A stretch of 64,000 nucleotides of DNA from Gammaproteobacteria bacterium (GCA_024277755.1 JAJRUN010000126.1:12-64011), one strand, 5' to 3'. Counted from the first letter of the stretch, positions 29,575 through 39,534 are shown. Program-made: numbers and translations. Notes: generated by a model from the letters alone, not told the origin.

Positions 29575-29900
29575 GTTTTATACCTATAATTCTTAGTTGT
29601 TCACGTCATTAAAAAAACAAAAATTGACCACGACCTTTATGGATAGCTAGATACTGTCAATATCAGTATTACAATCATCCACTATGCATTAATAGGCGGT
29701 TGAAATAAAGATGCTAATAAGAATAGCCAGTTAGGGCGTCCCTATTAACTCTGAGCGTGACAGTTTGAACCCCAAACACTTTAAATCAAGGCGTAAATCG
29801 CAGGTAATAGCGGGACTATTGCCATGATTTTCAACGCAGAGGTAACGGTTAAAATGCTCGTTCATGAGTTAACAGAGGCGTCCTTTAGTATTATTTTCCA

Positions 29901-30806
29901 CTACCGCCCCACTATCCCCATGTAGCCACTTAGCTTAACAATAGAATAAACAGTCATATCTGCGACCAAAACAACCACACGAAAACCGGCTACAACTACC
30001 ATTAATGCGGTTATTGATATATCACTATCAAGCAACATACTAACCACTGTTTCAAACACACCAACTCCTTGAGGGGCAAATAAGGATACATACCCCACTC
30101 CCCATGAAAACAGATAGATGCCTGCTGTTTCGACAGCGGGTGGAACACCCAGACCATTGGACATAGCACCCACATATAAAACAAATGCTATCGTAGCAAG
30201 AAGCCAAAACAATATAACAACACACAGCATTAACAAATATTGAAAAAAAGAAACCCTTTTTCCACCTGATAGCCGTCGCAGATTAACCGCAGGAAAGCCC
30301 ACAAACAGACCGACTGAAGCCAGAACAAAAACTAACAGCACGCCGCCTTCCCATAACATCCAGCCCTTTTGCAGACAAAGAAGAAGAGAACCAAACAGAA
30401 AGGTAATGACTACAGCGAATAAATTTTCAAGAAACAGAAAAACGGCAATGCTCTTGGGATCAATCCCTATCGAACGAAATTCGGCAATACGGCCAACGGT
30501 GTGCCAAATTCCTCCAGGTATATACTTTGCTGGCAGGTAACGTACATGAATCATTAATGCCGAACAATAATCTAAATTAACCCCTCGCGGTCGAAAAACT
30601 CTTGCGTAGAATAAAGGTGACACAAAATGTCCTCCTCCCCAAATAAGCCCCGCTAAGGCCACCCCGCCCCAGTCTGCTGTGGAAAACACATCTATTAATA
30701 AATCTCTTGATTGCCAGGCGAACCAAGCAATACACATAAATGCAATCGGTGTAAAAACCAGCTTTGCCCAAGATACCAACCGTTGCTGCCATTTTGGTCT
30801 AGACAT
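29901..30806 (-). CDS. Polytopic membrane protein, UPF0104 / MprF-flippase-like (LPG_synthase_TM-type) domain
   Basis: 301 aa with about 8 hydrophobic segments. It is paired with a GT2 directly upstream, a common arrangement for this family. Assigned by recollection only. Confidence 0.5.
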   Translation of the reverse strand: MSRPKWQQRLVSWAKLVFTPIAFMCIAWFAWQSRDLLIDVFSTADWGGVALAGLIWGGGHFVSPLFYARVFRPRGVNLDYCSALMIHVRYLPAKYIPGGIWHTVGRIAEFRSIGIDPKSIAVFLFLENLFAVVITFLFGSLLLCLQKGWMLWEGGVLLVFVLASVGLFVGFPAVNLRRLSGGKRVSFFQYLLMLCVVILFWLLATIAFVLYVGAMSNGLGVPPAVETAGIYLFSWGVGYVSLFAPQGVGVFETVVSMLLDSDISITALMVVVAGFRVVVLVADMTVYSIVKLSGYMGIVGR

Positions 30807-30856
30807 ATACCTTCTTCACCCGTACAAAACTAAACCCCATAAAAAACCAAGCAGGA

Positions 30857-31729
30857 TTATTTATTTCCAGACATATAACGCGCCATAAAAGTGGGAAGCA
30901 GTGCCACTATAACAACCAACTTCTCCAATCTACTTAATTCAGACCTTATAACCACGCGCAACAACTCAAGAGGTAGCCTCAACAATGGAAACACCTTACC
31001 AACTGACGACGTTATCAAGCTAAACTCTTTGTCTTTATAGCGTTTAAGTTTTTCTTTATGGGACTCATCCCCTCTGAATTCACGCCTAGCCCACATAGCT
31101 GAAGTCGCATGAATAAAATCACCTTTTAATGACAGCTCAGAAAGCACGATTAAATCAGCACCAGCACAACTATGAATTTTTTTGATTTCACACAAATAAG
31201 AACGTCTCATCAGTCCCAGAATTGGATGCATATTTCCCCATAAGACGGTAAAGAACCGGGCAATAGGATCCATTCCCCTGGTATCAGCCCAACCAGACTC
31301 CCTGCCAAAAGTATCTCCATGAGCATCAACCCACTCAGCTGTCCCAAATGCCAACGCGGCACCAGGGTGACACTGCAAAACCCTGACTGTCTCACAAATC
31401 AAATTCTCAGCCCAAAGATCATGCCCCGCCGCCCACATAAAATATTTACCAGAAGATCGCTCTAAAACCGATAAAAAATTTTTTGAGGCTCCAACATTAT
31501 GATTAAATCGGTAGTAACTTATCCTGTCATCAAGCTGAGCATACTCGTGGCAAATATCAGCAGTTTCATCCGTTGATCCATTATCAGAAACTATAATTTC
31601 CAAATTCCGATAATTTTGTGCCAAAAGAGAGTCCAAGGACTCTCTAATAAATTCCCCTTCGTTATATACCGGCATTCCAATTGAGACCAAGGGGCCATCA
31701 TCCTCCAAAACCTTATTTATCATGCTCAT
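30857..31729 (-). CDS. GT2 family glycosyltransferase (soluble/peripheral type)
   Basis: 290 aa. VSIGMPVYNEGEFIRESLDSLLAQNYRNLEIIVSDNGSTDET. No C-terminal TM helices. Confidence 0.8.
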   Translation of the reverse strand: MSMINKVLEDDGPLVSIGMPVYNEGEFIRESLDSLLAQNYRNLEIIVSDNGSTDETADICHEYAQLDDRISYYRFNHNVGASKNFLSVLERSSGKYFMWAAGHDLWAENLICETVRVLQCHPGAALAFGTAEWVDAHGDTFGRESGWADTRGMDPIARFFTVLWGNMHPILGLMRRSYLCEIKKIHSCAGADLIVLSELSLKGDFIHATSAMWARREFRGDESHKEKLKRYKDKEFSLITSSVGKVFPLLRLPLELLRVVIRSELSRLEKLVVIVALLPTFMARYMSGNK

Positions 31730-31966
31730 ACCAAAATATTACCCGTAACCGGAAAAACATCTGCCACATTTCTACCAACTGACATTTTGGATATTTATCC
31801 ACCACTCCCACCGTCCAATATCATCCAAGCTAACGACAATATTAAAAAAAACATTAGAAAAACAAGCAGTAACACACCATTACAGCCCAAACAACGTTCA
31901 TCACATTTTCCACTTTAATCGTTAAAGATATAAGAAACAAAGCCGAATATACATACATCGCGACAC

Positions 31967-33709
31967 ATGTCACCAGCATTAAAACAGGAAATTATGGACA
32001 ACGCCGCAAACAGTTTTCAGTTAACAGGCCTTTCACGTCGACTCGTCGATGATGGGTTAATGAGTAGTGATGATGCTGAAAAAGCATTTTCTGAAGCAAC
32101 CAAAGAAAAAATCCCGCTAATTAGACATCTAGTCAATCAGAAAATCATACCTGCCATCGACATCGCCACCTCTGCCGCCAACGAATTTGGTGCTCCGGTC
32201 TTTGATCTCGACGTCATGGACATGGACCTAACATCCCCCCCCCTGATTGATGAAAAATTAATTCGCAAACACAATGCACTGCCCTTAACCAAACGCGGCA
32301 GCCGGCTCTATATTGCACTATCAGACCCCACCAATGTTGAAGCGCTGGACGAAATTAAATTTGCGACAGGGATAAATACTGAAGCTGTCATTGTTGAAGA
32401 TGACAAGCTGGCCAAACTCATCGAAAAAACCCTTGAAGCCATGGACACCACAATGGAAGGGCTTGATGATGCAGATCTGGATGATCTCGATATAACAGGC
32501 GGTGACGAAGACAGCGATGGTGATGATGTCAGTGAAAAAGAGACTGAAGAAGCACCGATTGTCCGTTTTGTGAACAAGATTTTACTCGACGCCATTAACA
32601 AAGGCGCATCTGACATCCATTTTGAGCCTTATGAAAAAGTCTACCGGGTTCGCTACCGCCAGGACGGCATGCTGCAGGAAGTAGCAGCCCCACCGATCAG
32701 TCTGGCAGTCAAAATATCCGCCCGCATCAAGGTCATGTCTCGCCTGGACATCTCCGAAAAACGGGTACCACAAGATGGTCGCATGAAAATGCGGCTATCC
32801 AAGACCCGCGCCATCGATTTTCGTGTAAGTACCTGCCCAACGCTGTTTGGTGAAAAGATCGTCATGCGTATTCTTGATCCTACCAGCGCACAAATGGGTA
32901 TTGATGCACTGGGTTATGAACCCGTCCAAAAAGATCTGTACATGGCGGCGCTACAAAAACCGACCGGCATGATCTTGGTCACTGGTCCGACCGGTAGTGG
33001 TAAAACCGTTTCTCTCTATACCGGTCTCAACATCCTTAACACCCCTGAACGTAATATTTCTACCGCAGAAGATCCAGCGGAAATCAACTTGCCCGGCGTT
33101 AATCAGGTCAATGTAAACCCCAAGGTAGGCCTGACCTTTTCGGCGGCACTGAAAGCATTCCTGCGCCAGGATCCGGACATCATTATGGTGGGGGAAATTC
33201 GCGACATAGAAACAGCAGAAATCGCTATTAAGGCTGCTCAAACCGGCCATATGGTACTTTCAACCCTGCACACCAATGACGCGCCACAAACCCTGTCGCG
33301 GTTGATGAATATGGGCGTCGCCCCGTTCAACATTGCTTCGGCGGTATCCCTGATAATCGCCCAGCGTCTTGGCCGACGCCTATGTTCACATTGCAAAGAA
33401 CCCGCTGACATACCCAAAGAGGCCTTGATTAAAGAAGGCTTTCACGAAAACGAGACCGATTCTCTTAAACTCTATAAAGCCGTTGGCTGCGATCAATGTA
33501 ACGAAGGTTACAAAGGCCGTGTTGGTATTTATCAAGTAATGCCAATCTCTGAAGAAATGGGTAGAATCATCATGTCGGACGGTAATGCAATTGATATTGC
33601 CGACCAGGCCAAAAAGGAAGGCATCCCCGATCTTCACGATTCAGCACTGGAAAAAGCGCGCCAGGGCGTTACCAGTCTGGAAGAGATCAACCGGGTAATC
33701 ACGGAGTAA
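31967..33709 (+). CDS. pilB: Type IV pilus assembly ATPase PilB
   Basis: 580 aa. Walker A GPTGSGKT, Asp box, Walker B IIMVGEIRD, His box, tetracysteine CSHC...CDQC. A likely alternative start is the ATG at 31994 (MDNAANSFQLTGL). Confidence 0.93.
   Translation: MSPALKQEIMDNAANSFQLTGLSRRLVDDGLMSSDDAEKAFSEATKEKIPLIRHLVNQKIIPAIDIATSAANEFGAPVFDLDVMDMDLTSPPLIDEKLIRKHNALPLTKRGSRLYIALSDPTNVEALDEIKFATGINTEAVIVEDDKLAKLIEKTLEAMDTTMEGLDDADLDDLDITGGDEDSDGDDVSEKETEEAPIVRFVNKILLDAINKGASDIHFEPYEKVYRVRYRQDGMLQEVAAPPISLAVKISARIKVMSRLDISEKRVPQDGRMKMRLSKTRAIDFRVSTCPTLFGEKIVMRILDPTSAQMGIDALGYEPVQKDLYMAALQKPTGMILVTGPTGSGKTVSLYTGLNILNTPERNISTAEDPAEINLPGVNQVNVNPKVGLTFSAALKAFLRQDPDIIMVGEIRDIETAEIAIKAAQTGHMVLSTLHTNDAPQTLSRLMNMGVAPFNIASAVSLIIAQRLGRRLCSHCKEPADIPKEALIKEGFHENETDSLKLYKAVGCDQCNEGYKGRVGIYQVMPISEEMGRIIMSDGNAIDIADQAKKEGIPDLHDSALEKARQGVTSLEEINRVITE
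32235..32243 (+). repeat. C9 homopolymer inside pilB coding sequence
   Basis: Counted directly: ACA TCC CCC CCC CTG (T-S-P-P-L), about codon 90 of pilB. Confidence 0.95.
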
Positions 33710-33712
33710 CAA

Positions 33713-34942
33713 ATGGCAGGCAAAACAGCAAAAAAACACGACACCTTCCTCTGGGAAGGCACGGACAAACGTGGCAACCGCACCAAAGGTGAAGTTATGG
33801 CTGCCTCACCGACCCTGGCCAAAGCTGAATTACGCCGTCAGGGCGTTAACCCACTTAAGGTCAAAAAAAAACCTAAACCATTGTTTGGCGGGGGCAAAAA
33901 AGGTAAACAAATCACCCCCAAAGACATTGCTATTTTCAGTCGGCAAATGGCCACCATGATGAGTTCAGGTGTGCCCTTGGTTCAATCATTTGAGATCGTT
34001 GGTCGCGGCCATGAAAACCCATCCATGCAGGACATGTTGCTCAAGATCAAAAACGACATCGAAGGCGGCAATTCATTTGCCGAGGCACTATCAAAATTTC
34101 CGGATCAGTTTGACGGCCTTTACTGCAACCTGGTCAATGCCGGTGAGCAGGCCGGTATTCTTGAAACCATGCTCAACAAGGTTGCCCTCTATAAAGAAAA
34201 AATTGAGGCCATTAAAGGCAAAATCAAGAAGGCCATGTTCTACCCTGTTGCCGTTGTAATCGCAGCCTTCGTTGTTACCGCCATTCTACTGATCTTTGTC
34301 GTACCCCAGTTCGCCACGATGTTTGCTGACTTTGGTGCAGACCTGCCGGCCATGACCCTCATGGTAGTTGCCATGTCAAATTTCATGGTCGAGTATTGGT
34401 ATATAGTCATAGGCATTATTTACGCAGTGCTGTTTACTTTCAAGCAAGCCAAGAGAAAGTTCCAGGCCTTTCGTGATTTTCTCGATAGAGCAGTACTCAA
34501 GGCCCCTATTTTTGGCTCATTACTGCACAAGGCAGCCATCGCCCGCTTTGCCCGTACCCTGTCCACTATGTTCGCCGCCGGTGTGCCCCTAGTTGAAGCC
34601 ATGACCACTGTCGCCGGGGCTGCCGGTAATGTCGTCTATACAAACGCCATTCTGCGCATGCGTGATGAAATTTCCACCGGCATTTCGTTGCAACAGGCCA
34701 TGCGTCAAACCCAACTGTTTCCCAATATGGTGGTGCAACTGGTGGCAATCGGTGAAGAGGCTGGCTCCATTGATGCCATGCTGGCTAAAGTAGCCGACTT
34801 TTATGAAGAAGAGGTCGACAACGCTGTTGACGCCCTCAGCAGCCTGATGGAACCCCTGATCATGGCCTTCCTCGGTGTCATTATCGGTGGTCTGGTTGTG
34901 GCGATGTACCTGCCGATATTCAAGATGGGTCAGGTTGTCTAA
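33713..34942 (+). CDS. pilC: Type IV pilus platform protein PilC
   Basis: 409 aa with two GspF-type repeats and 3 TM segments, between pilB and pilD. Confidence 0.92.
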   Translation: MAGKTAKKHDTFLWEGTDKRGNRTKGEVMAASPTLAKAELRRQGVNPLKVKKKPKPLFGGGKKGKQITPKDIAIFSRQMATMMSSGVPLVQSFEIVGRGHENPSMQDMLLKIKNDIEGGNSFAEALSKFPDQFDGLYCNLVNAGEQAGILETMLNKVALYKEKIEAIKGKIKKAMFYPVAVVIAAFVVTAILLIFVVPQFATMFADFGADLPAMTLMVVAMSNFMVEYWYIVIGIIYAVLFTFKQAKRKFQAFRDFLDRAVLKAPIFGSLLHKAAIARFARTLSTMFAAGVPLVEAMTTVAGAAGNVVYTNAILRMRDEISTGISLQQAMRQTQLFPNMVVQLVAIGEEAGSIDAMLAKVADFYEEEVDNAVDALSSLMEPLIMAFLGVIIGGLVVAMYLPIFKMGQVV

Positions 34943-34956
34943 CGCACCAGATCTAA

Positions 34957-35832
34957 ATGACTATCATCGACTATCTCAACACCAGCCCGGCATTTTTGAT
35001 CACGGCGGTCGCCCTGTTTGGTGCGACCGTGGGCAGTTTTCTCAATGTAGTCATCCATCGCCTGCCCATCATGATGGAACGGCAATGGCAGCAACAGTGC
35101 GCCGAACTCAGCAATACAACTGAAACAGCCCAGCCAACAGAAACATTCAACCTGGCCAAACCCGATTCCCGCTGCCCACATTGTGGCCACAAAATCCGCG
35201 CCTGGGAAAACATCCCCATCGTCAGCTACCTGTTTTTAAAAGGGCACTGTTCTGGATGTGGTGCCAGCATTTCCATTCGTTACCCGATCATTGAAGCCGT
35301 CACCGCCGCACTATCCGCCTTAGCCGCGTGGCAGTTCGGTCTGAGCTGGGAAACCGCCGGCGCACTATTGCTGACCTGGAGCCTGGTCTCGCTAACCATG
35401 ATTGATGTCGATCACCAGCTCCTGCCAGACAGTATTACCCTACCCTTTCTCTGGATTGGTCTAGCCCTCAACCTGTTCGGTGTTTACACCGACCTCGGCT
35501 CAGCCGTGATGGGTGCCATGGCAGGCTACCTGTCACTCTGGTCGATCTATTGGGGCTTTAAGCTGCTCACCGGTAAGGAAGGCATGGGTTATGGTGATTT
35601 CAAACTATTGGCCATGCTCGGTGCCTTTATGGGCTGGCAAGCACTGCCGGTGGTTATTCTGCTGTCATCACTGGTTGGTGCCGTGATCGGCATCGCCATG
35701 ATCGTCATTCGCGGCCGCGACCACAACATCCCCATCCCCTTTGGCCCTTACTTGGCCATTGCCGGCCTGATTGCCTTTTACTGGGGCAATGACATTACCA
35801 GCACCTATATGCGTATCAGCGGTCTCAGCTAA
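34957..35832 (+). CDS. pilD: Prepilin peptidase / N-methyltransferase PilD
   Basis: 291 aa. Cys motifs CPHCGH...CSGCG and the aspartyl protease blocks (MIDVDHQLLPD, GMGYGDFKLLA). Confidence 0.93.
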   Translation: MTIIDYLNTSPAFLITAVALFGATVGSFLNVVIHRLPIMMERQWQQQCAELSNTTETAQPTETFNLAKPDSRCPHCGHKIRAWENIPIVSYLFLKGHCSGCGASISIRYPIIEAVTAALSALAAWQFGLSWETAGALLLTWSLVSLTMIDVDHQLLPDSITLPFLWIGLALNLFGVYTDLGSAVMGAMAGYLSLWSIYWGFKLLTGKEGMGYGDFKLLAMLGAFMGWQALPVVILLSSLVGAVIGIAMIVIRGRDHNIPIPFGPYLAIAGLIAFYWGNDITSTYMRISGLS

Positions 35833-35882
35833 GCAATAAGCCCTGGCTTGATCTGCCTGCCGGTTCAAGCCACACTCTCCCC

Positions 35883-36482
35883 ATGTTAATCATCGGCCTA
35901 ACCGGCGGCATTGGCAGCGGCAAATCCGCTGTCAGCAAGATTTTTTCTGAACTCGGCGTTCCAGTCATCGACACCGATATAATCTCACGCCAGATCGTAA
36001 AACCCGGCCAGCCGGCCCTACAGCAAATCCACCAGGCATTTGGCAACAAAGTGCTCACAGCCAGTGGCGAACTGGATCGCGGCAAATTAAAAAACATCAT
36101 TTTCGCCACACCGGCCAAACGCAAGCAACTGGAGGCTATCCTCCACCCCATGATTAAAGATGAAATGCTGCACCAGGCCAGTCTGCTTGACAGCGCCTAT
36201 TGCATCTTTGCCATCCCTTTGCTAATTGAGGCCAGGCAAACCGACCTTGTCGACAGAATCCTGGTAGTTGATGCCCCCGAAGCCCTGCGCCGCCAACGCA
36301 TCAAGCAACGCGACCCATTGGATGACAATCAGATCGATGCAATATTTGCCGCCCAGCTCCCCCCTCAAACACGTCTCGACCACGCCGACGACATCATTCA
36401 CAATGATTCAGACCTGAACCGGCTACGCACTCAAGTTATTGATTTAAATCGCCGATATACAGAGATAGCCAAACAGGAATAA
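35883..36482 (+). CDS. coaE: Dephospho-CoA kinase
   Basis: 199 aa with P-loop IIGLTGGIGSGKSAV. Conserved pilD-coaE linkage. Confidence 0.92.
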   Translation: MLIIGLTGGIGSGKSAVSKIFSELGVPVIDTDIISRQIVKPGQPALQQIHQAFGNKVLTASGELDRGKLKNIIFATPAKRKQLEAILHPMIKDEMLHQASLLDSAYCIFAIPLLIEARQTDLVDRILVVDAPEALRRQRIKQRDPLDDNQIDAIFAAQLPPQTRLDHADDIIHNDSDLNRLRTQVIDLNRRYTEIAKQE

Positions 36483-36620
36483 TATTAAAGAAAACAGCTA
36501 ACCACATCACATTTGCTGCAACCAGCGGTTTACAGGCCGTAACGATCGGGTAAACTACCCCTCATTAACGTTACTCTCGTCCATCGAAAATTGTGAAGAA
36601 GTCCAACCACAGCCATAGCC

Positions 36621-37439
36621 ATGCAGCATAAATATCAAACTCAACCTGTGGAACTTTATGGGCATCATCAAACTGTGTCTAAACAGATAACCTACGAACA
36701 ACCACTGAACGAACGCATCCGCACCCTGCTGCGGCTCGAGTTCCTGTTTGCACAGGCTAACGCCCACACCTTTCGCCAGGGCAACTGGGATAATCGCGCT
36801 GCCATTAACAGCCTGTTCGACATCATCAGCACCTTCAGCCGGGCTGACCTCAAAACTGAAGTCATGAAAGAGCTGGAACGTCAGGCCGTTTTTCTGGAGA
36901 AACTGGCCAAGAACCCCCAGGTCGATACCCGACGATTGGAAACAGTGCTGGATGAAATGGATATCCTCATCGACCGTCTCCACGACCTCAAGTCTCAGGA
37001 CATGGATATCCGCAACAACGAATTCCTGTGCAGCATCAGACAGCGCAGCCATGTGGCCGGCGGCACCTGTGACTTTGACCTGCCGGCTTATCATTTCTGG
37101 TTATCGCAACCGGAAGAAAAGCGCATCATGGATATGCAGGGCTGGATGGCACCATTTGAGTCAATCAAGCAATCCGTCAACCTGATCCTGCGCCTGATCC
37201 GTGATAGCGCTCAGACCACCAATGAAACCGCCGAAGCAGGTTTTTTCCAAAAATCCTTTGATCAAAACAGTACCTGCCAGATGATTCGGGTCACACTCAC
37301 CGACGACATCCCTTGTTTTGCCGAAATCAGCGGTGGCAAACATCGATTTACCATTCGTTTCCTGCAGACTGCTTTCAGCGAACGGGCCAACCAGGTTGAT
37401 CAAAACATCCCCTTCAAACTCACCTGCTGCATGTTATGA
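36621..37439 (+). CDS. zapD: Cell division protein ZapD (YacF)
   Basis: 272 aa. [19 protein letters not shown] matches the ZapD N-terminus. Conserved coaE-zapD-yacG order. The start codon is uncertain. Confidence 0.85.
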   Translation: MQHKYQTQPVELYGHHQTVSKQITYEQPLNERIRTLLRLEFLFAQANAHTFRQGNWDNRAAINSLFDIISTFSRADLKTEVMKELERQAVFLEKLAKNPQVDTRRLETVLDEMDILIDRLHDLKSQDMDIRNNEFLCSIRQRSHVAGGTCDFDLPAYHFWLSQPEEKRIMDMQGWMAPFESIKQSVNLILRLIRDSAQTTNETAEAGFFQKSFDQNSTCQMIRVTLTDDIPCFAEISGGKHRFTIRFLQTAFSERANQVDQNIPFKLTCCML

Positions 37440-37627
37440 AGCCAACCACCGTCAACTGCCCCACTTGCCGCAAAGATGTTATCTGGAATAATGAATCAAA
37501 ATGGCGCCCATTCTGCAGCGAGCGCTGCAAACTGATTGACCTGGGAGAATGGGCCAGCGAATCACATCGCATCCCTGGCCAACAGCTACCCAGCCCGATG
37601 GAAACTGACGACGACTACAACCACTAA
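37436..37627 (+). CDS. yacG: DNA gyrase inhibitor YacG (Zn finger)
   Basis: 63 aa. CPTCRK...[17 protein letters not shown]. Confidence 0.9.
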   Translation: MKPTTVNCPTCRKDVIWNNESKWRPFCSERCKLIDLGEWASESHRIPGQQLPSPMETDDDYNH

Positions 37628-37654
37628 ACCACTTCTTAAACCCCGGCCCAGAAA

Positions 37655-38596
37655 TCACATCCCGGGCCACAAACTGCGAATCGCCGCAATCCCTTGACCA
37701 CCTGCGGCAAACGAATCCGCTAAATCTTCACGGCTTACCCCGCCCAGAGCATAGACGGGGATTGGCATTTCATCCACCAGACGACGCATCTCATCCCAGC
37801 CCAAAGGTTCCGTATCCGGGTGGCTCTTCGTCCACTTGATGGGTGACAGCAGAGCAAAATCCACATCTAATTTCAGCGCCTGCTGCAACTCGGCCTCAGT
37901 GTGACACGAAGCCGCCACCAACAACTCTTTGGCCAACGGGCGTTGATCTAAAGACTGCAATTTACCGCTGCTAAGTTGAACACCATCGGCACCGACCTCT
38001 GCCACCCACTCCGGTTCACCATTCAACAACAATCGGGCACCATGAGCGTGACAACGCTTCACCACCTGCTTAGCCAGGGCTTTATATTCATCCGCCGCCA
38101 TGCCCTTGGCGCGCAACTGCACCAGGCGCACCCCCTGCTGCAAGGCTGTTTCAAGATTGGCCAGAAACTCAGCTACATCAGCGGGGGATGGCGTGATCAA
38201 ATAACACTCAGGCAACTGCACCGCAGCAATAATCGGCAGATTGGCATCAGGAAACTCTCTTTCCGACAGGGCACCAACAGCACACCATTCTACCGGCTGG
38301 CCTTCACAACCATGCGCTTCACCACTAAAACCATCCACCCGCCAGACATCCAGCAACACCGCCTTATCTGGGTAACAATGCCGAACCCGGATCAGCGGTC
38401 GAGCCTGCTCAATATCAATACCAACCTCTTCGTGCAATTCACGCTTCAGCGCCGCCAGCACATCCTCATCGGCCTCCACCTTGCCCCCCGGAAACTCCCA
38501 CAAACCACCCTGGTGTTTTTCCAATGGCCGCTTGGCAATCAATACCTGGCCCCGGTCATTACAAATCACGGCCGCAGCCACATGAACATATTTCAT
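37655..38596 (-). CDS. Nudix (MutT-like) hydrolase fused to a thiamine-phosphate-synthase-like (TMP-TENI) domain
   Basis: 313 aa. Nudix box GGKVEADEDVLAALKRELHEEVGI in the N-terminal half. The C-terminal half is ThiE-like (VQLRAKG..., YALGGV). Confidence 0.8.
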   Translation of the reverse strand: MKYVHVAAAVICNDRGQVLIAKRPLEKHQGGLWEFPGGKVEADEDVLAALKRELHEEVGIDIEQARPLIRVRHCYPDKAVLLDVWRVDGFSGEAHGCEGQPVEWCAVGALSEREFPDANLPIIAAVQLPECYLITPSPADVAEFLANLETALQQGVRLVQLRAKGMAADEYKALAKQVVKRCHAHGARLLLNGEPEWVAEVGADGVQLSSGKLQSLDQRPLAKELLVAASCHTEAELQQALKLDVDFALLSPIKWTKSHPDTEPLGWDEMRRLVDEMPIPVYALGGVSREDLADSFAAGGQGIAAIRSLWPGM

Positions 38597-38635
38597 AGCG
38601 ATTTTTCAAACATTGATAAGGTCAAAAACAAGCGA

Positions 38636-39130
38636 TTAAGCGTCAGCAGCAGCGTGCAGTTTTTCCGCATTGATGGCATGACTGCTGGCAAAGCCCTCGA
38701 CGTAACGTCCAGACTCAGGGCTAAAGCGATAAAGGCAAAAATCAGAGAACTGAAACATCATCTCGGCATCCGGCAGATGAGTCAGATAGAGCGTCTTGAG
38801 TTCCTCATAACGTTCATCATCGCGAGCAATCGGTTCAACTCGGCCTTGCAGGGTCAAACGCGCCAGCTGCTGTGGGTCACCTTGGCCATCATCCATTTCA
38901 CTCAGCGCCAGTGACACCAACGGCTCTGCCTCAAGATTACGTGTATGTTTGGCCAAACGGCTCAAATGCAACACCAGGCCGGAGAAGTCCGCCTCGGCAA
39001 CAAACGCCACCCACGAGACATAAGGCTGCTGTTTACCCTGCGTTCCCAAACAAGCCCAGCGTTGACCGCGCAACAACTGCGCCAGCTGCGCTGGATCCAA
39101 GGGTTTCATTGCTGATTTTTTTATACTCAA
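38636..39130 (-). CDS. Pyridoxamine-5'-phosphate-oxidase-like FMN-binding-fold protein (HugZ/PNPOx-related)
   Basis: 164 aa. Resembles the split-barrel PNPOx family by eye only. Confidence 0.45.
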   Translation of the reverse strand: MSIKKSAMKPLDPAQLAQLLRGQRWACLGTQGKQQPYVSWVAFVAEADFSGLVLHLSRLAKHTRNLEAEPLVSLALSEMDDGQGDPQQLARLTLQGRVEPIARDDERYEELKTLYLTHLPDAEMMFQFSDFCLYRFSPESGRYVEGFASSHAINAEKLHAAADA

Positions 39131-39495
39131 GCGTATACATCCAAAAAGCCAATGCGATCAACATTGGCAGGGTGAGTCAAAAGAGCGTTGGTTTGATAAA
39201 TGGCAAGGGCACGATCAGTCTGCGAGTGATAACCCTCAGTCGAACGTGCACGCTGTGCCTGATGCTGGGCCAGAAATTCCTCTTCACTCACACCAGAAGG
39301 CTGCCGTTGAGTTTGCTTGTTAAGCAGTTCACCTTCCAGCGTCTGCTCAGCCGGTGAGCGGGGGCTAGCCGACTGAACAGCTCTGAGTTGCTGTCGCTGC
39401 TGCATCTGTATCGCAGCATTTTGTCCCTGTTGCGCAGCCTGAGGATCAGGCCTCACCACATTACTTACATAATGTGAAATAGCTGCTGCGCTCAT
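39127..39495 (-). CDS. Hypothetical Gln-rich protein
   Basis: 122-aa ORF, translationally coupled (4-nt overlap) to the downstream gene. I recognise no family. Confidence 0.4.
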   Translation of the reverse strand: MSAAAISHYVSNVVRPDPQAAQQGQNAAIQMQQRQQLRAVQSASPRSPAEQTLEGELLNKQTQRQPSGVSEEEFLAQHQAQRARSTEGYHSQTDRALAIYQTNALLTHPANVDRIGFLDVYA

Positions 39496-39534
39496 ATTAT
39501 CTAAAGCCTACTCCAACGCTCTGCTAACACAGAA

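Noticed and set aside
29575-29900. 326-nt non-coding stretch upstream of rfbF, checked for a small gene, retron-like or intron-like RNA
   Set aside because: It contains only short dispersed repeats (GGCGTCC, TTAAC) and weak hairpins, with no ORF that has a Shine-Dalgarno sequence. It is most simply the promoter and leader of the sugar operon.
29901-29908. GGCGGTAG (ops/JUMPStart core, minus strand) at the head of the 326-nt leader of the CDP-sugar operon
   Set aside because: An 8-mer is expected about twice by chance on both strands of a 64-kb window. It overlaps the stop codon of the upstream gene, and the following bases (TGGA) do not match the rest of the 12-nt ops element. An RfaH homologue in the genome would be needed to revive the idea.
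36555-37094. 179-aa minus-strand ORF
   Set aside because: It is antisense to zapD, which is supported by its N-terminal motif and by coaE-zapD-yacG synteny.
37976-38914. 312-aa plus-strand ORF
   Set aside because: It is antisense to the Nudix/ThiE-like gene and the PNPOx-like gene. It has no recognisable motifs, whereas the opposite strand carries a clear Nudix box.
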